This document shows positions 15,094 to 23,689 of a stretch of 64,000 nt of DNA, in pieces (the first letter of the stretch is position 1; each line of letters opens with the position of its first letter). The notes beneath the pieces were generated by a model, which was not told where the DNA came from, did no database searches, and was given only the letters and a program-made list of their open reading frames with translations. The stretch is taken from the IMG/VR virus record IMGVR_UViG_3300044971_004534, one strand, 5' to 3'. The translations under genes and the position numbers were made by a program. Source of the DNA: a virus.

Positions 15094-15134
15094 CGCCCTG
15101 TCCCCCTAAAGGAGGACGGGGCGTGTTTCTTTGC
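15094..15134 (+). terminator. terminator closing the GC-rich array
   Basis: CGCCCTGTCC-loop-GGACGGGGCG (one G.U pair), then tgtttctttgc; preceded by a second hairpin at 15067-15084. Confidence 0.55.
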
Positions 15135-15144
15135 ATAGGCAGAA

Positions 15145-15222
15145 AGCCGGTATGGAAGAAAGCAGCGAACAGAGACAGCCGGTATCGAAAGAGTTTGCAG
15201 AATCGGACAGCCGGTATGGAAG
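15145..15222 (+). repeat. 3 direct repeats (iteron-like), 32-bp period
   Basis: agccggtatggaag at 15145, agccggtatcgaaa at 15177, agccggtatggaag at 15209. Confidence 0.8.
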
Positions 15223-15258
15223 CATCCAAACCAACGGTCTGAATCCATCCAAACCAAC
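15223..15258 (+). repeat. 2 direct repeats, 23-bp period
   Basis: catccaaaccaac at 15223 and 15246. Confidence 0.7.
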
Positions 15259-15339
15259 TGGGCAGCATGGCAGGTAGCCAAAGGGTCGTACACTATACCC
15301 CCCACCCGGGGGTGCTTATATAGGGGTGATTTGGCTGGA

Positions 15340-15354
15340 GGGGGATACCTTAGC
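15340..15354 (+). promoter_or_regulatory. GGGGGATACCTTAGC box, copy 1
   Basis: Identical 15-mer at 15433; shorter copy at 16228. Confidence 0.45.
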
Positions 15355-15432
15355 CCCTCTTCTCTTTTTTGTAATAAATCCTGGTTTAAAAAATAGGGGC
15401 ATAAAAATATAAGATTTATGATTTTGAAAAAA

Positions 15433-15447
15433 GGGGGATACCTTAGC
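15433..15447 (+). promoter_or_regulatory. GGGGGATACCTTAGC box, copy 2
   Basis: 46 nt upstream of ATG 15494; preceded by TTTTGAAAAAA. Confidence 0.45.
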
Positions 15448-15493
15448 GGGAGTGTATGAATGGTAATATTTTATTTTTACGGGGGGTGTGTAA

Positions 15494-15856
15494 ATGCAGG
15501 AACAGACTGATGTTATACACAAGCAGCTTGTGGGTTACGGGATAGAGATAGGGCTTCTTATTTCAGGTTTCTTTGGGGCTTTGCTCCTTGTTTCGAAGAA
15601 CGCATCGCAGCGCATGGGGGCAACGGTTGCGTCGCTTCTTGCGGGAACTGCGTGTGCAAACTACCTGACGCCTGTGGTCCTGAACTTTCTTCCTGAATCC
15701 ATCAGGGCTCAAGGAAAGTACGCTGCTGCCTTCATGATGGGATTCATGGGGTTAAAGGGCTTGGAGCTGATGATAGACAAATTTGTTAAAAAGGAAGAGG
15801 AGGGCGGGAAGAAGAATCGTTCCCGTTCATCCACTAAGAGAAAGGGCAAGTCATGA
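15494..15856 (+). CDS. membrane protein with charged C-terminal tail (holin-like architecture)
   Basis: About 3 hydrophobic segments, then KKEEEGGKKNRSRSSTKRKGKS. Confidence 0.45.
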   Translation: MQEQTDVIHKQLVGYGIEIGLLISGFFGALLLVSKNASQRMGATVASLLAGTACANYLTPVVLNFLPESIRAQGKYAAAFMMGFMGLKGLELMIDKFVKKEEEGGKKNRSRSSTKRKGKS

Positions 15857-16179
15857 ACGTGATTTCTGTGATAAACGCTGTTGTCAACGGGGTAATGGCG
15901 CTTGGTTTTAGTGCATTTCTGGTGTTCCTGTTTGGAAGAGAGAATTCCCTTATTCATAAATTGGGTAATATGAATGTTATTTTCGTGAAGATCATCCTGA
16001 GCATGTGTGCTTCTGGGGCTCTTTACAATGCGTGCATACTCCACGAGCCAGCGCCTTCGGAGCTGTTGCTTAATGCGGGTGTTGCCGCGCTGTTTTGCTG
16101 GGCTTCCGTATTCCATTACATGCGATTCGTGAAGCCAATTAAGAAAAAAGCGGCAAAGAAAAAAAGACGCACAAAGTGA
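15853..16179 (+). CDS. membrane protein with basic tail
   Basis: ATGA overlap with the previous gene; about 3 hydrophobic segments, then KKKAAKKKRRTK. Confidence 0.45.
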   Translation: MNVISVINAVVNGVMALGFSAFLVFLFGRENSLIHKLGNMNVIFVKIILSMCASGALYNACILHEPAPSELLLNAGVAALFCWASVFHYMRFVKPIKKKAAKKKRRTK

Positions 16180-16227
16180 TTACTTAAACAAGGAATGCTA
16201 GCGCAGACAGTTCACTTTTTTGTAAAA

Positions 16228-16240
16228 AGGGATACCTTAG
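16228..16240 (+). promoter_or_regulatory. AGGGATACCTTAG box, copy 3
   Basis: 40 nt upstream of ATG 16281; preceded by TTTTTTGTAAAA. Confidence 0.4.
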
Positions 16241-16280
16241 TGAATTGGGGCAATAGTAAGATTTGGAGGAAGTATTACGC

Positions 16281-17102
16281 ATGCATACGATTATCAATAC
16301 GCTAAGGGGTCGCTTCGTGCACGGGAAGGACGAGAGCGAGTACTACGAATCAATCATAAAAAACGTCCATACGGGAATGGATCACACGTTCTGCTTTTCC
16401 GTATGCAACACTGAATTGCCAGAGATTCCTCCGGGAACAATTGTATTTTCTACATCTGACGAACACCACAGGCAGCCCATACCGAACCACTTGCAGGAAA
16501 ACGTTGGGATACTTTTGAAGACTTTTTTCCCCAAGGAAGGGGTGACTGACCATCGTGTGCTGCCGTTTCCTCTGGGTTATTTCACGGATTTTGGGGGCCA
16601 TGCGCTTACTCCTATTGCGGAGAGAGGTCTTGACTACTCGTTCTACGGTGCTCACAACGACAATGGTCGTGACAAGCTGCACGGATGGCTAAGGAAGCGA
16701 AAGGGGGACGGATGCAAGAAGGAGTGGGGTTTTTACGAAGGTTGGGGCAAGGGAAAGGGGATGTGGGACTACGGTTCGCTGCTGACGAAGACAAAGATCG
16801 CTCTTTGTCCTCCTGGATACGTGAGTCCTGAATGCGCAAGGCTTCCAGAAGCTGCTCGCTGCGGTTGCGTCCTTCTAGTCCCGAATGACTTGCCCACGCA
16901 TCTATGGTATTTCCAGGGGTTTCCTGGGATAAAGATTGAAGACTGGTCGAACCTGAAGATTGTTGACGAACTGCTTGCAGATCCTAAAAGGATGCAGGAC
17001 ATCAGCGACGAAACAGTGAAATGGTACAACAGGTGCATTGATCCAAAAGCCGTGGGTGCATGGCTTACGGAAAGGATCAAGGAAAGAATCCAAAAGGCAT
17101 AA
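16281..17102 (+). CDS. exostosin (GT47)-like glycosyltransferase (tentative)
   Basis: ATG after GGAGGA; LPFPLGY...SFYG...KIALCPPGYVSPECARLPEAARCGCVLLV resembles the exostosin C-terminal pattern. Confidence 0.45.
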   Translation: MHTIINTLRGRFVHGKDESEYYESIIKNVHTGMDHTFCFSVCNTELPEIPPGTIVFSTSDEHHRQPIPNHLQENVGILLKTFFPKEGVTDHRVLPFPLGYFTDFGGHALTPIAERGLDYSFYGAHNDNGRDKLHGWLRKRKGDGCKKEWGFYEGWGKGKGMWDYGSLLTKTKIALCPPGYVSPECARLPEAARCGCVLLVPNDLPTHLWYFQGFPGIKIEDWSNLKIVDELLADPKRMQDISDETVKWYNRCIDPKAVGAWLTERIKERIQKA

Positions 17103-17105
17103 ACT

Positions 17106-17591
17106 ATGCAGTACAAATTATCTAAAAGCGAATGGCTCAAAATAGGCGAACAAGCTGGATGGCTGAGGATCAGCGGGGAACAGGCAGTCCTGACGAAGCA
17201 GGGGAAATCAAATGTTGCTGGTGCGGTCTTTCAGGTGATGCGTAAACCCGAGATAGCAAAGAGGATCATTGAACTTTCTAAAATCTGGAATTCCAATTCA
17301 AGCGAGTTTAGCAAGAAGCTTCAAGATCTGGAGCAAGAGATCGTTGTTGACTATCATAATTTTTTGGACACAGGAGCATCAGAAGATTTGTTCATTGACC
17401 GAATCGAGTTACGGAGTATCATTGAAAAAATCATCTATAAAATGCTTGAAGTTGGCGACTTGGGAGTTCGGGAAGCAGGCGAACAAGCTGGATGGCTGAA
17501 GGAAGCCAAGTGCTGGAAGGGCTACAAAGCCGTTGGCATGAAGAAGAAAAAGGGCAAGACCGTTCCCAATTGCGTCCGCAAGGAGAGCTGA
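17106..17591 (+). CDS. hypothetical protein with long N-terminal leader module
   Basis: MQYKLSKSEWLKIGEQAGWL at the N-terminus; the GEQAGWL core is repeated near the C-terminus before the CWKGYK...PNCV tail. Confidence 0.6.
   Translation: MQYKLSKSEWLKIGEQAGWLRISGEQAVLTKQGKSNVAGAVFQVMRKPEIAKRIIELSKIWNSNSSEFSKKLQDLEQEIVVDYHNFLDTGASEDLFIDRIELRSIIEKIIYKMLEVGDLGVREAGEQAGWLKEAKCWKGYKAVGMKKKKGKTVPNCVRKES
17145..17166 (+). repeat. 22-nt perfect intragenic direct repeat (copy 1)
   Basis: ggcgaacaagctggatggctga; copy 2 at 17478-17499; both encode GEQAGWL. Confidence 0.85.
17478..17499 (+). repeat. 22-nt perfect intragenic direct repeat (copy 2)
   Basis: Identical to 17145-17166. Confidence 0.85.
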
Positions 17592-18437
17592 ATGGGTTGG
17601 CTCAAGGCGGCGCAGACAAGTGCATGGGGCCAGAACACGAGCAGGGGTGCAAGGGAAATCTACACCGCATTGCGTGAACGTGCCAATCCCCACAGGAGCA
17701 GCGCTGAGCTGAATAAAAAATGGGGGGAGGAAATAGTGAAGATACCGGGTTACGTGTCCCGTTGGTCCGGTGGCAGCTGGGCATACGTGGACTACGACCC
17801 CCAGAAGCGAAAGAACACCGACAGGATGAATCCACTTGCCCACAAGGGAATGGAGTGGAAGCTGTACTTTACCGTCAATCCAAAGGACGGGGGCGCGGAG
17901 AGCATGGGAAACACCCTTGAGGCGTTGAAAGACCTTCCGAGACAGCTGGAGGCAAACCTTGGTCCTCATGGCGTCGCCCTTCTCTACAAGATCCCTGGAA
18001 CCTGGAGTGGATTTTTGCGGGAGAACGACACAGTCGTGATGTATCACCCGTTCGAGCCTCGCAGCAGGTGGACGGACTTCATCTCTTCCGTTGTTCGTGG
18101 CTGGATGGGCAAATGGGGACTGGAGGAAGGGAAGCGTTCGTACAACGAGGGCTTTGACTGGCACGAGCAGACGGAGTACAGGGACGGAACGCAGGTGGAG
18201 CACAAGGAGATGACGGACAGGCTGGGATGGCTGAAGCCAGAGGGATTCATTGCCATGGGGCTGGAAAGGGGTGGTGGATCATTTGGCACTACATTGGCCC
18301 GCTTCATGGAACTTGTTGGCAAGAACCCTGATGACCCGCGCTGGAAGGGCTTGGTGAAGGGGGGAGAGATCAGTATGAAGGAAGCAGCAGACTGGCTTAT
18401 TGGGCACGGCAAAGAGGTAGCACAGGAACTGATGTGA
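17592..18437 (+). CDS. hypothetical protein with short leader (MGWLKAAQ)
   Basis: ATG directly follows the previous TGA. Confidence 0.6.
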   Translation: MGWLKAAQTSAWGQNTSRGAREIYTALRERANPHRSSAELNKKWGEEIVKIPGYVSRWSGGSWAYVDYDPQKRKNTDRMNPLAHKGMEWKLYFTVNPKDGGAESMGNTLEALKDLPRQLEANLGPHGVALLYKIPGTWSGFLRENDTVVMYHPFEPRSRWTDFISSVVRGWMGKWGLEEGKRSYNEGFDWHEQTEYRDGTQVEHKEMTDRLGWLKPEGFIAMGLERGGGSFGTTLARFMELVGKNPDDPRWKGLVKGGEISMKEAADWLIGHGKEVAQELM

Positions 18438-18460
18438 CGAACACCTGTTTTGTTTTTTGT

Positions 18461-18494
18461 ATCCCCCGAAAAATTATGGAGGGGGATTTTTATT
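18461..18494 (+). terminator. terminator
   Basis: ATCCCCC-13 nt loop-GGGGGAT, then ttttatt. Confidence 0.5.
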
Positions 18495-18662
18495 ATATTG
18501 TTCTGGTTGAAAAAACATCGACCTGTTGAGATGCCCCTAAAAAAATTTTTGGCGCGTTAATACTGGGTTACTGATGGAGGGGGCGGAAATTTTTATAATC
18601 ATCATAAGACCAAAAGGGAAAGACTATTAATCAAAGCAATATAATAAATAGGGAGACTCAAT

Positions 18663-19181
18663 ATGCAATACAAACTATCTAAAGAACAGTGGTTGGAGAT
18701 CGGGCAAAAGGCTGGTTGGTTCAAAATTGCACAGCAAGAAGAGAAAGGACGTGCATTCTTCGTCACTGCTTCAGAAGAAGAAATAAAAAAATATATAGAC
18801 AGCATAGAAGAGTCGTCTGCGCAGGATCTTGCCGACAACCTTGCGGGCGAAAGAGACATGATGAGGGAGAGTGCAAATGGGGCTCGTAGGGCTGCGATGT
18901 CAGCTGATGCAGGCGGAGACGCTGATGACTACAGATTCCAGCTCAAGTTAGAAAAGCAAAAAATTGAAGTTGCAGACAAGTTTGCAAAAGCACTGGCAAT
19001 GCTTACGGTAAGATTTCCGAATGTAAAAACTCCAGAACCAGCCAAGCTCATGGACATGGCAGATTCAATGGAGACACTTTCTCAAAAAGAACATGAGCAA
19101 TCCCGAAGCCAAAGCACCTTACAGGGAGATGCAGAAAAAAGACTGAGACTACCTGGCCTGGGAGCAAACACCCCAAGATAA
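18663..19181 (+). CDS. hypothetical protein with long leader module
   Basis: MQYKLSKEQWLEIGQKAGWFKIAQ. Confidence 0.6.
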   Translation: MQYKLSKEQWLEIGQKAGWFKIAQQEEKGRAFFVTASEEEIKKYIDSIEESSAQDLADNLAGERDMMRESANGARRAAMSADAGGDADDYRFQLKLEKQKIEVADKFAKALAMLTVRFPNVKTPEPAKLMDMADSMETLSQKEHEQSRSQSTLQGDAEKRLRLPGLGANTPR

Positions 19182-19199
19182 AAATTATAAGGAAAACAC

Positions 19200-19514
19200 A
19201 TGAACTGGTACAAAAGCGCAAGAAAAAGATACGGATCATTCCATTATGACTTTGACGGAATAGAGCTTATTAATCCCATTTGCTTTTGCTCTGGAACTGC
19301 AAATGTGGAATTTTCAATAGAAAGAGATCCAGGTGACAGATATGAGCCTCCGACCACAGATGTTGATCTCAATGTGACAGTTGAGTCACTTTACTGCACA
19401 GACGCAGAGGGTGAAGAAATTCCAGTCACGAATGAAATGGTTAGGGAGGTTGAGGCCATACTCAGAGATGAAGAACATTTGCGAGAAAAAGCCTTTGACC
19501 ACGAATTTGATTAA
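19200..19514 (+). CDS. hypothetical protein with short leader (MNWYKSARK)
   Basis: ORF track. Confidence 0.6.
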   Translation: MNWYKSARKRYGSFHYDFDGIELINPICFCSGTANVEFSIERDPGDRYEPPTTDVDLNVTVESLYCTDAEGEEIPVTNEMVREVEAILRDEEHLREKAFDHEFD

Positions 19515-19601
19515 TTTGAAATAATTTTTAAAAATTACAGAACATTTTAAATTCATAATCGTACAAATGATGACATCATTTATCACAGGAGATTATGTCC
19601 A

Positions 19602-21059
19602 ATGAAAATACTACTCGCAATTTTAGTAAGTGCTCTTATCGTAAACGGTTCTGAATTTAAGAAAAATACAACAAACAAGAACGTCGTAACCGCCACGGAA
19701 ACCCAGGTGAATACGGCGTTTGTCGGTTTTAATGACGGCGTTTCTCTGGAGGACAAACAGAGGACTATTGCATCTCTTGGGAACATGATTGAGTCTGCAC
19801 ATTATTATGAAAATATCCCCAATTTGGCACTTGTCGTTGTTTCGAGTAACTTTATAACTAACATAGCAGACGTGTCAAGTGCACTTGAAGGAAATGAGAC
19901 TGTTTCATTCTTTGAAATGGACAGAAGATTTACCGCAACATACAGCGAAGTGATTCCAAACGATGCCGGATTCTCACAATGCTGGGGTCACAGAAATACC
20001 GGAGCTTCTGGTGGACTGGTAAACTTTGATATGAATACAACAAATGCATGGTCTATTACTCAAGGACAGCCAACGGTAAAAATACTTGTCTTTGAGACAG
20101 GAATACAGCAAGATCATCCAGATATAAATCAACTGCCAGGAAGAGACTTCACAACAGGTGCAGTGAACGGAGTAAGCGGCGGTGGACCAAGCAACTCTTG
20201 TGACAATCACGGGACTGCCGTTGCAGGATGCATTACAGGCATTATCAACAATTCAATAGGAACCGTGGGAACTGCACCAAATTGCAAAGTCATTTCCGCA
20301 AAAGTTGGCACAGCAATCACTCCATGCAATGGGTCGTGGCAGGGGCAAACATCATGGACTGTAAATGCTATTAACTGGGCAATCGGCAATGGAGTAAGGG
20401 TAACAAACAACAGCAATGATTACGGCACAGCTTCTACGGCAATGTCAAATGCATATTCTGCCGCAAAAAATGCTGGAATAGTTAATTTTGCAAGTTCTGG
20501 AAATTCTGGAAACACTTCTATTGGTTTCCCAGCAAGTGCTTCTGCGGTGAACGCAGTTGGTGCAAGCAGCAGAAACGGACAGAAAGCTTCTTTTTCGTCA
20601 TACGGCACAAAGCTCGCTTTTGTTGCTGCTGGCCAATCGGTTTACACCACAGACAGGACGGGATCAAATGGATACTCTTCAGGTGACTATTCACTTATTG
20701 ACGGAACTTCTTTTTCTTCCCCATATGCCGCTGGTGTCGCAGCACTTATCATTTCAGTGAACCCATCACTTTCTGCAGCACAGGTTGAGTCCATTATGCA
20801 AACAACATGCAAGGACATGGGAGCAGTAGGATTTGACACTCTTACTGGATGGGGAATGCTGAATGCAGAAGCTGCCGTGCTTCTTGCTCGCCCTGTTCCA
20901 TGCCCAGCAGATTTAAATGGAGACAGGTCTGTCAATGGAAGCGATCTTGGTCAATTGTTGTCTTCATGGGGTTCATCTGGATCTGACCTTACTGGAGATT
21001 CAGTCGTCAATGGCGAAGATTTAGGCGTTCTTCTTTCTGCATGGGGGCCTTGTCCGTAA
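19602..21059 (+). CDS. secreted S8 subtilisin-like protease with I9-like propeptide and C-terminal dockerin-like repeats
   Basis: Signal peptide; HGTAVAG (His), SSGNSG (Asn) and GTSFSSP (Ser) boxes. The Asp box reads VFETGI (Glu in place of Asp). 2x DLxGDxxVNGxDLGxLLSxWG. Confidence 0.85.
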   Translation: MKILLAILVSALIVNGSEFKKNTTNKNVVTATETQVNTAFVGFNDGVSLEDKQRTIASLGNMIESAHYYENIPNLALVVVSSNFITNIADVSSALEGNETVSFFEMDRRFTATYSEVIPNDAGFSQCWGHRNTGASGGLVNFDMNTTNAWSITQGQPTVKILVFETGIQQDHPDINQLPGRDFTTGAVNGVSGGGPSNSCDNHGTAVAGCITGIINNSIGTVGTAPNCKVISAKVGTAITPCNGSWQGQTSWTVNAINWAIGNGVRVTNNSNDYGTASTAMSNAYSAAKNAGIVNFASSGNSGNTSIGFPASASAVNAVGASSRNGQKASFSSYGTKLAFVAAGQSVYTTDRTGSNGYSSGDYSLIDGTSFSSPYAAGVAALIISVNPSLSAAQVESIMQTTCKDMGAVGFDTLTGWGMLNAEAAVLLARPVPCPADLNGDRSVNGSDLGQLLSSWGSSGSDLTGDSVVNGEDLGVLLSAWGPCP

Positions 21060-21068
21060 GGTTGCTGT

Positions 21069-21587
21069 ATGAAAGAACATCCGTATACTCCATTTGATGA
21101 TTTTTTTGCAGAGTTTAGATGGTATCAGAAAAGAGGGATAGCTCCTGATATATCAAAAAGTCAGCTTAAAAAAATATGGAATGAATCTCCTGTAGTATTG
21201 CTTGAACCAAAGAATTTTGATTCATTCAGAAACTTCTCTCCATATCGTGAAAAGCTGAATGGCACAATGGAGAACAGAATAAGAAAACTGCTTGAGATAT
21301 CTGCAACGGAAGATAGAGATGAAGTGTTTGACACCAAGTGGGAATTGAAAAGAAAAAAGAATCCACAAAAATACATTATCAATTTAGCTCAACTTGTGTG
21401 GAACAAAGATGGATACGATCCAGTAAATGTAGTGGACATAAATGGTAAAAGACAATTTATCACAGGTGGCAGAACTCGTGCAGCAATCGGAAAAGCACTG
21501 GGAGTTCCCGTGCTGACTCGCATTGTTTGCCTGGAACATAAGGGAAAATGGTCTAAGCGAGCTCGTGAGCTTATGAATGGAAAATGA
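21069..21587 (+). CDS. hypothetical protein (possible ParB/Srx-like fold)
   Basis: VVDINGKRQFITGGRTRAAIGKALGVPV weakly resembles the ParB N-terminal GxxRxxA box. Confidence 0.4.
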   Translation: MKEHPYTPFDDFFAEFRWYQKRGIAPDISKSQLKKIWNESPVVLLEPKNFDSFRNFSPYREKLNGTMENRIRKLLEISATEDRDEVFDTKWELKRKKNPQKYIINLAQLVWNKDGYDPVNVVDINGKRQFITGGRTRAAIGKALGVPVLTRIVCLEHKGKWSKRARELMNGK

Positions 21588-21640
21588 CGCGTTGCAGGTA
21601 ATCATCTGTTAGCGTTGAATATATTTCAATGGAGAATTAT

Positions 21641-22096
21641 ATGCAATATAAATTATCAAAGTCAGAGTGGGAATCTATAGGCGTCAATGCTGGGTGGATG
21701 AAAATTGCTGGACCTGGCGGAAGATTTCAGGCTTCCATGAGTGCAGCAGAGCAAAAGTTGTGGGCAAGCCTAAATCAGCAACAAAAAAATAATTATGCAA
21801 CATTGGATGCTGCCAATAGAGCAAGGGTTGCAGCACTGCCATTGCAGCAAGCACAACAATACCTGAACAGCATAATGCCACCAGCTGGAGGTAAAGTCCC
21901 AACAGCTTCATTTGATAATGAAATAAAGACGGCTCTTAAATTAAATGACAAAACTGATGAAAAAACACCAGAGCAGTATAAGGAAGAGTTTATAGAAAGA
22001 ATGAAGTCCATCGGGATGACAGATGAAGAAATCGAGCGTGCACTAAAATCTGGATATTTAGAAAGAATCATGAAAGGCAGAAAGAATAAAGAATGA
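21641..22096 (+). CDS. hypothetical protein with long leader module
   Basis: MQYKLSKSEWESIGVNAGWMKIAG (track start 21629 adds MENY). Confidence 0.6.
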   Translation: MQYKLSKSEWESIGVNAGWMKIAGPGGRFQASMSAAEQKLWASLNQQQKNNYATLDAANRARVAALPLQQAQQYLNSIMPPAGGKVPTASFDNEIKTALKLNDKTDEKTPEQYKEEFIERMKSIGMTDEEIERALKSGYLERIMKGRKNKE

Positions 22097-22860
22097 ACTG
22101 GTATAAGCTGGCTCAAAATAGGTCTTTTTCTTGGGCCAATGTAGAGGGTATTTTATACACACCAGAGGCCATGAGAGACTTGAAAGATTTTAAGAAGTCT
22201 CAGGAAGGAAGAAGTGCTAAGGAAATTAGCATGCTTATTAAAGACGTTATTGATAGAAGACAAATTAATTTACGGAATGTAGAATCCAGGTCTGCTGCAA
22301 ATCCTTACATTCCAAACGGACCAAAAGAAAAAATAAAGATTCACGTATTTGAGCCAAGAGGTGTTGGACTCGCTGAAGGTCCCGGAAAGGCTTACAGAAT
22401 AGGAGCACAACTATGTTCTTTAGGAGGAGAAACTTCAGAATCATCAGACAAATACATTCGAGAGCAAGAATTTGAAAGAACTGGACGTAAATTTTTAATT
22501 ATCAAGAGAGTATTTGAAAATCATGATGAAGATTATTTGCCATGGATTAGTCTATATAATTCTTCTCACGTAGATGATTGTCCAAAATACACATTTCAAA
22601 TTCAAAGAAAAGAAAACCAAGAAAAAATAGTAGATCTCAATCCTCAAAACCCTTTTGACTGGTTAGTAAATTCTGTAAAGATGATACGCGATAGAAATAT
22701 TGAAGGCATCAGCATTCATAAAAGAATGCTTGAAGGAAAATCAGAAGAAGAAATTTTTAGTATTTTAGAATTTATGACAAAAAATCAGGCTAGATTCCCA
22801 TCTAATATATTAAAAGATATAGGCAGGTGGATCGAGGAATACGTGGACAGAACAGGGTAA
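22093..22860 (+). CDS. hypothetical protein with short leader (MNWYKLAQN)
   Basis: ATGA overlap with the previous gene. Confidence 0.6.
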   Translation: MNWYKLAQNRSFSWANVEGILYTPEAMRDLKDFKKSQEGRSAKEISMLIKDVIDRRQINLRNVESRSAANPYIPNGPKEKIKIHVFEPRGVGLAEGPGKAYRIGAQLCSLGGETSESSDKYIREQEFERTGRKFLIIKRVFENHDEDYLPWISLYNSSHVDDCPKYTFQIQRKENQEKIVDLNPQNPFDWLVNSVKMIRDRNIEGISIHKRMLEGKSEEEIFSILEFMTKNQARFPSNILKDIGRWIEEYVDRTG

Positions 22861-22880
22861 TACATCTTTGGAAAACACAC

Positions 22881-23336
22881 ATGAACTATTCTGAATTTTA
22901 TGGAACTGGAGATGACGCAAAAAGGCTTAAGCTTATTCTTATGTCTTACGATGAAGAGTATGCACGTCAAATGAAAACATATCCAGAGCAAAAAAATGCT
23001 TTAACAACTCAGTTTAAGTCATATTCAAATCTAGTTATTAATCAACTTAATAGCTACACAGAATCAGGAGAAAGCGCTCCAAGTGGAGTCAGAATGCTTG
23101 GAATTGTTTTCAAAAAGAATTTAAATGTTGCCGCTAAGTACGAGCTTATTAATCCTGTAGAATTTTCTACATATACTGACGCAGCAAAATCTTTCTATGT
23201 CAGTCAAAACTTAGACGTAAGTGAATACTTTGATAATTCAGAAAATTCAACAGAACTGTTTAATAGAATTAATACTAGTCAGGATAATCCTACAGGTATA
23301 ACATACTTAGATTCATCAGGTTCATTAGTGAGGTAA
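22881..23336 (+). CDS. hypothetical protein
   Basis: First in-frame ATG after the upstream stop (track start 22827 overlaps the previous gene). Confidence 0.5.
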   Translation: MNYSEFYGTGDDAKRLKLILMSYDEEYARQMKTYPEQKNALTTQFKSYSNLVINQLNSYTESGESAPSGVRMLGIVFKKNLNVAAKYELINPVEFSTYTDAAKSFYVSQNLDVSEYFDNSENSTELFNRINTSQDNPTGITYLDSSGSLVR

Positions 23337-23341
23337 TAAAG

Positions 23342-23620
23342 ATGTCTTTTAGAGAAAAAATCGGATTTGAAAAACAAGGCGACCAATGGGTTCGCACCCA
23401 GGCAGCGCTAAACGCTGCTGCTCCTAAAGCTATAAGTAGAATTGAAAAACTTATATATTCTGCTGATACTGCTGCAGGTATTGGAGACATGAACGGAGCT
23501 GCGTTTCATGCGAATTGGGCCAGAATTGTCATACAGAGTGCACTAGACAATGGTTTTATTACTCAAAATCAGCACTCAACATACATGTCTCAAATTAACG
23601 CTATTTCTCCGCCAGAATAA
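23342..23620 (+). CDS. hypothetical protein
   Basis: ORF track; followed by a 16-bp perfect hairpin. Confidence 0.55.
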   Translation: MSFREKIGFEKQGDQWVRTQAALNAAAPKAISRIEKLIYSADTAAGIGDMNGAAFHANWARIVIQSALDNGFITQNQHSTYMSQINAISPPE

Positions 23621-23633
23621 TAGAGATATTAGA

Positions 23634-23670
23634 TACAACAAAGGGGAGCTTTTGGCTCCCCTTTGTTGTA
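23634..23670. terminator. bidirectional terminator between convergent genes
   Basis: 16-bp perfect stem TACAACAAAGGGGAGC / GCTCCCCTTTGTTGTA. Confidence 0.75.
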
Positions 23671-23689
23671 TTATAAAATGTAAAAATAA

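Noticed and set aside
16520-16532. TTTTTTCCCC inside 16281..17102 as an extra copy of the GC-module motif
   Set aside because: It lies inside a gene, lacks the CTCG prefix, and no start codon follows in register. Most likely chance.
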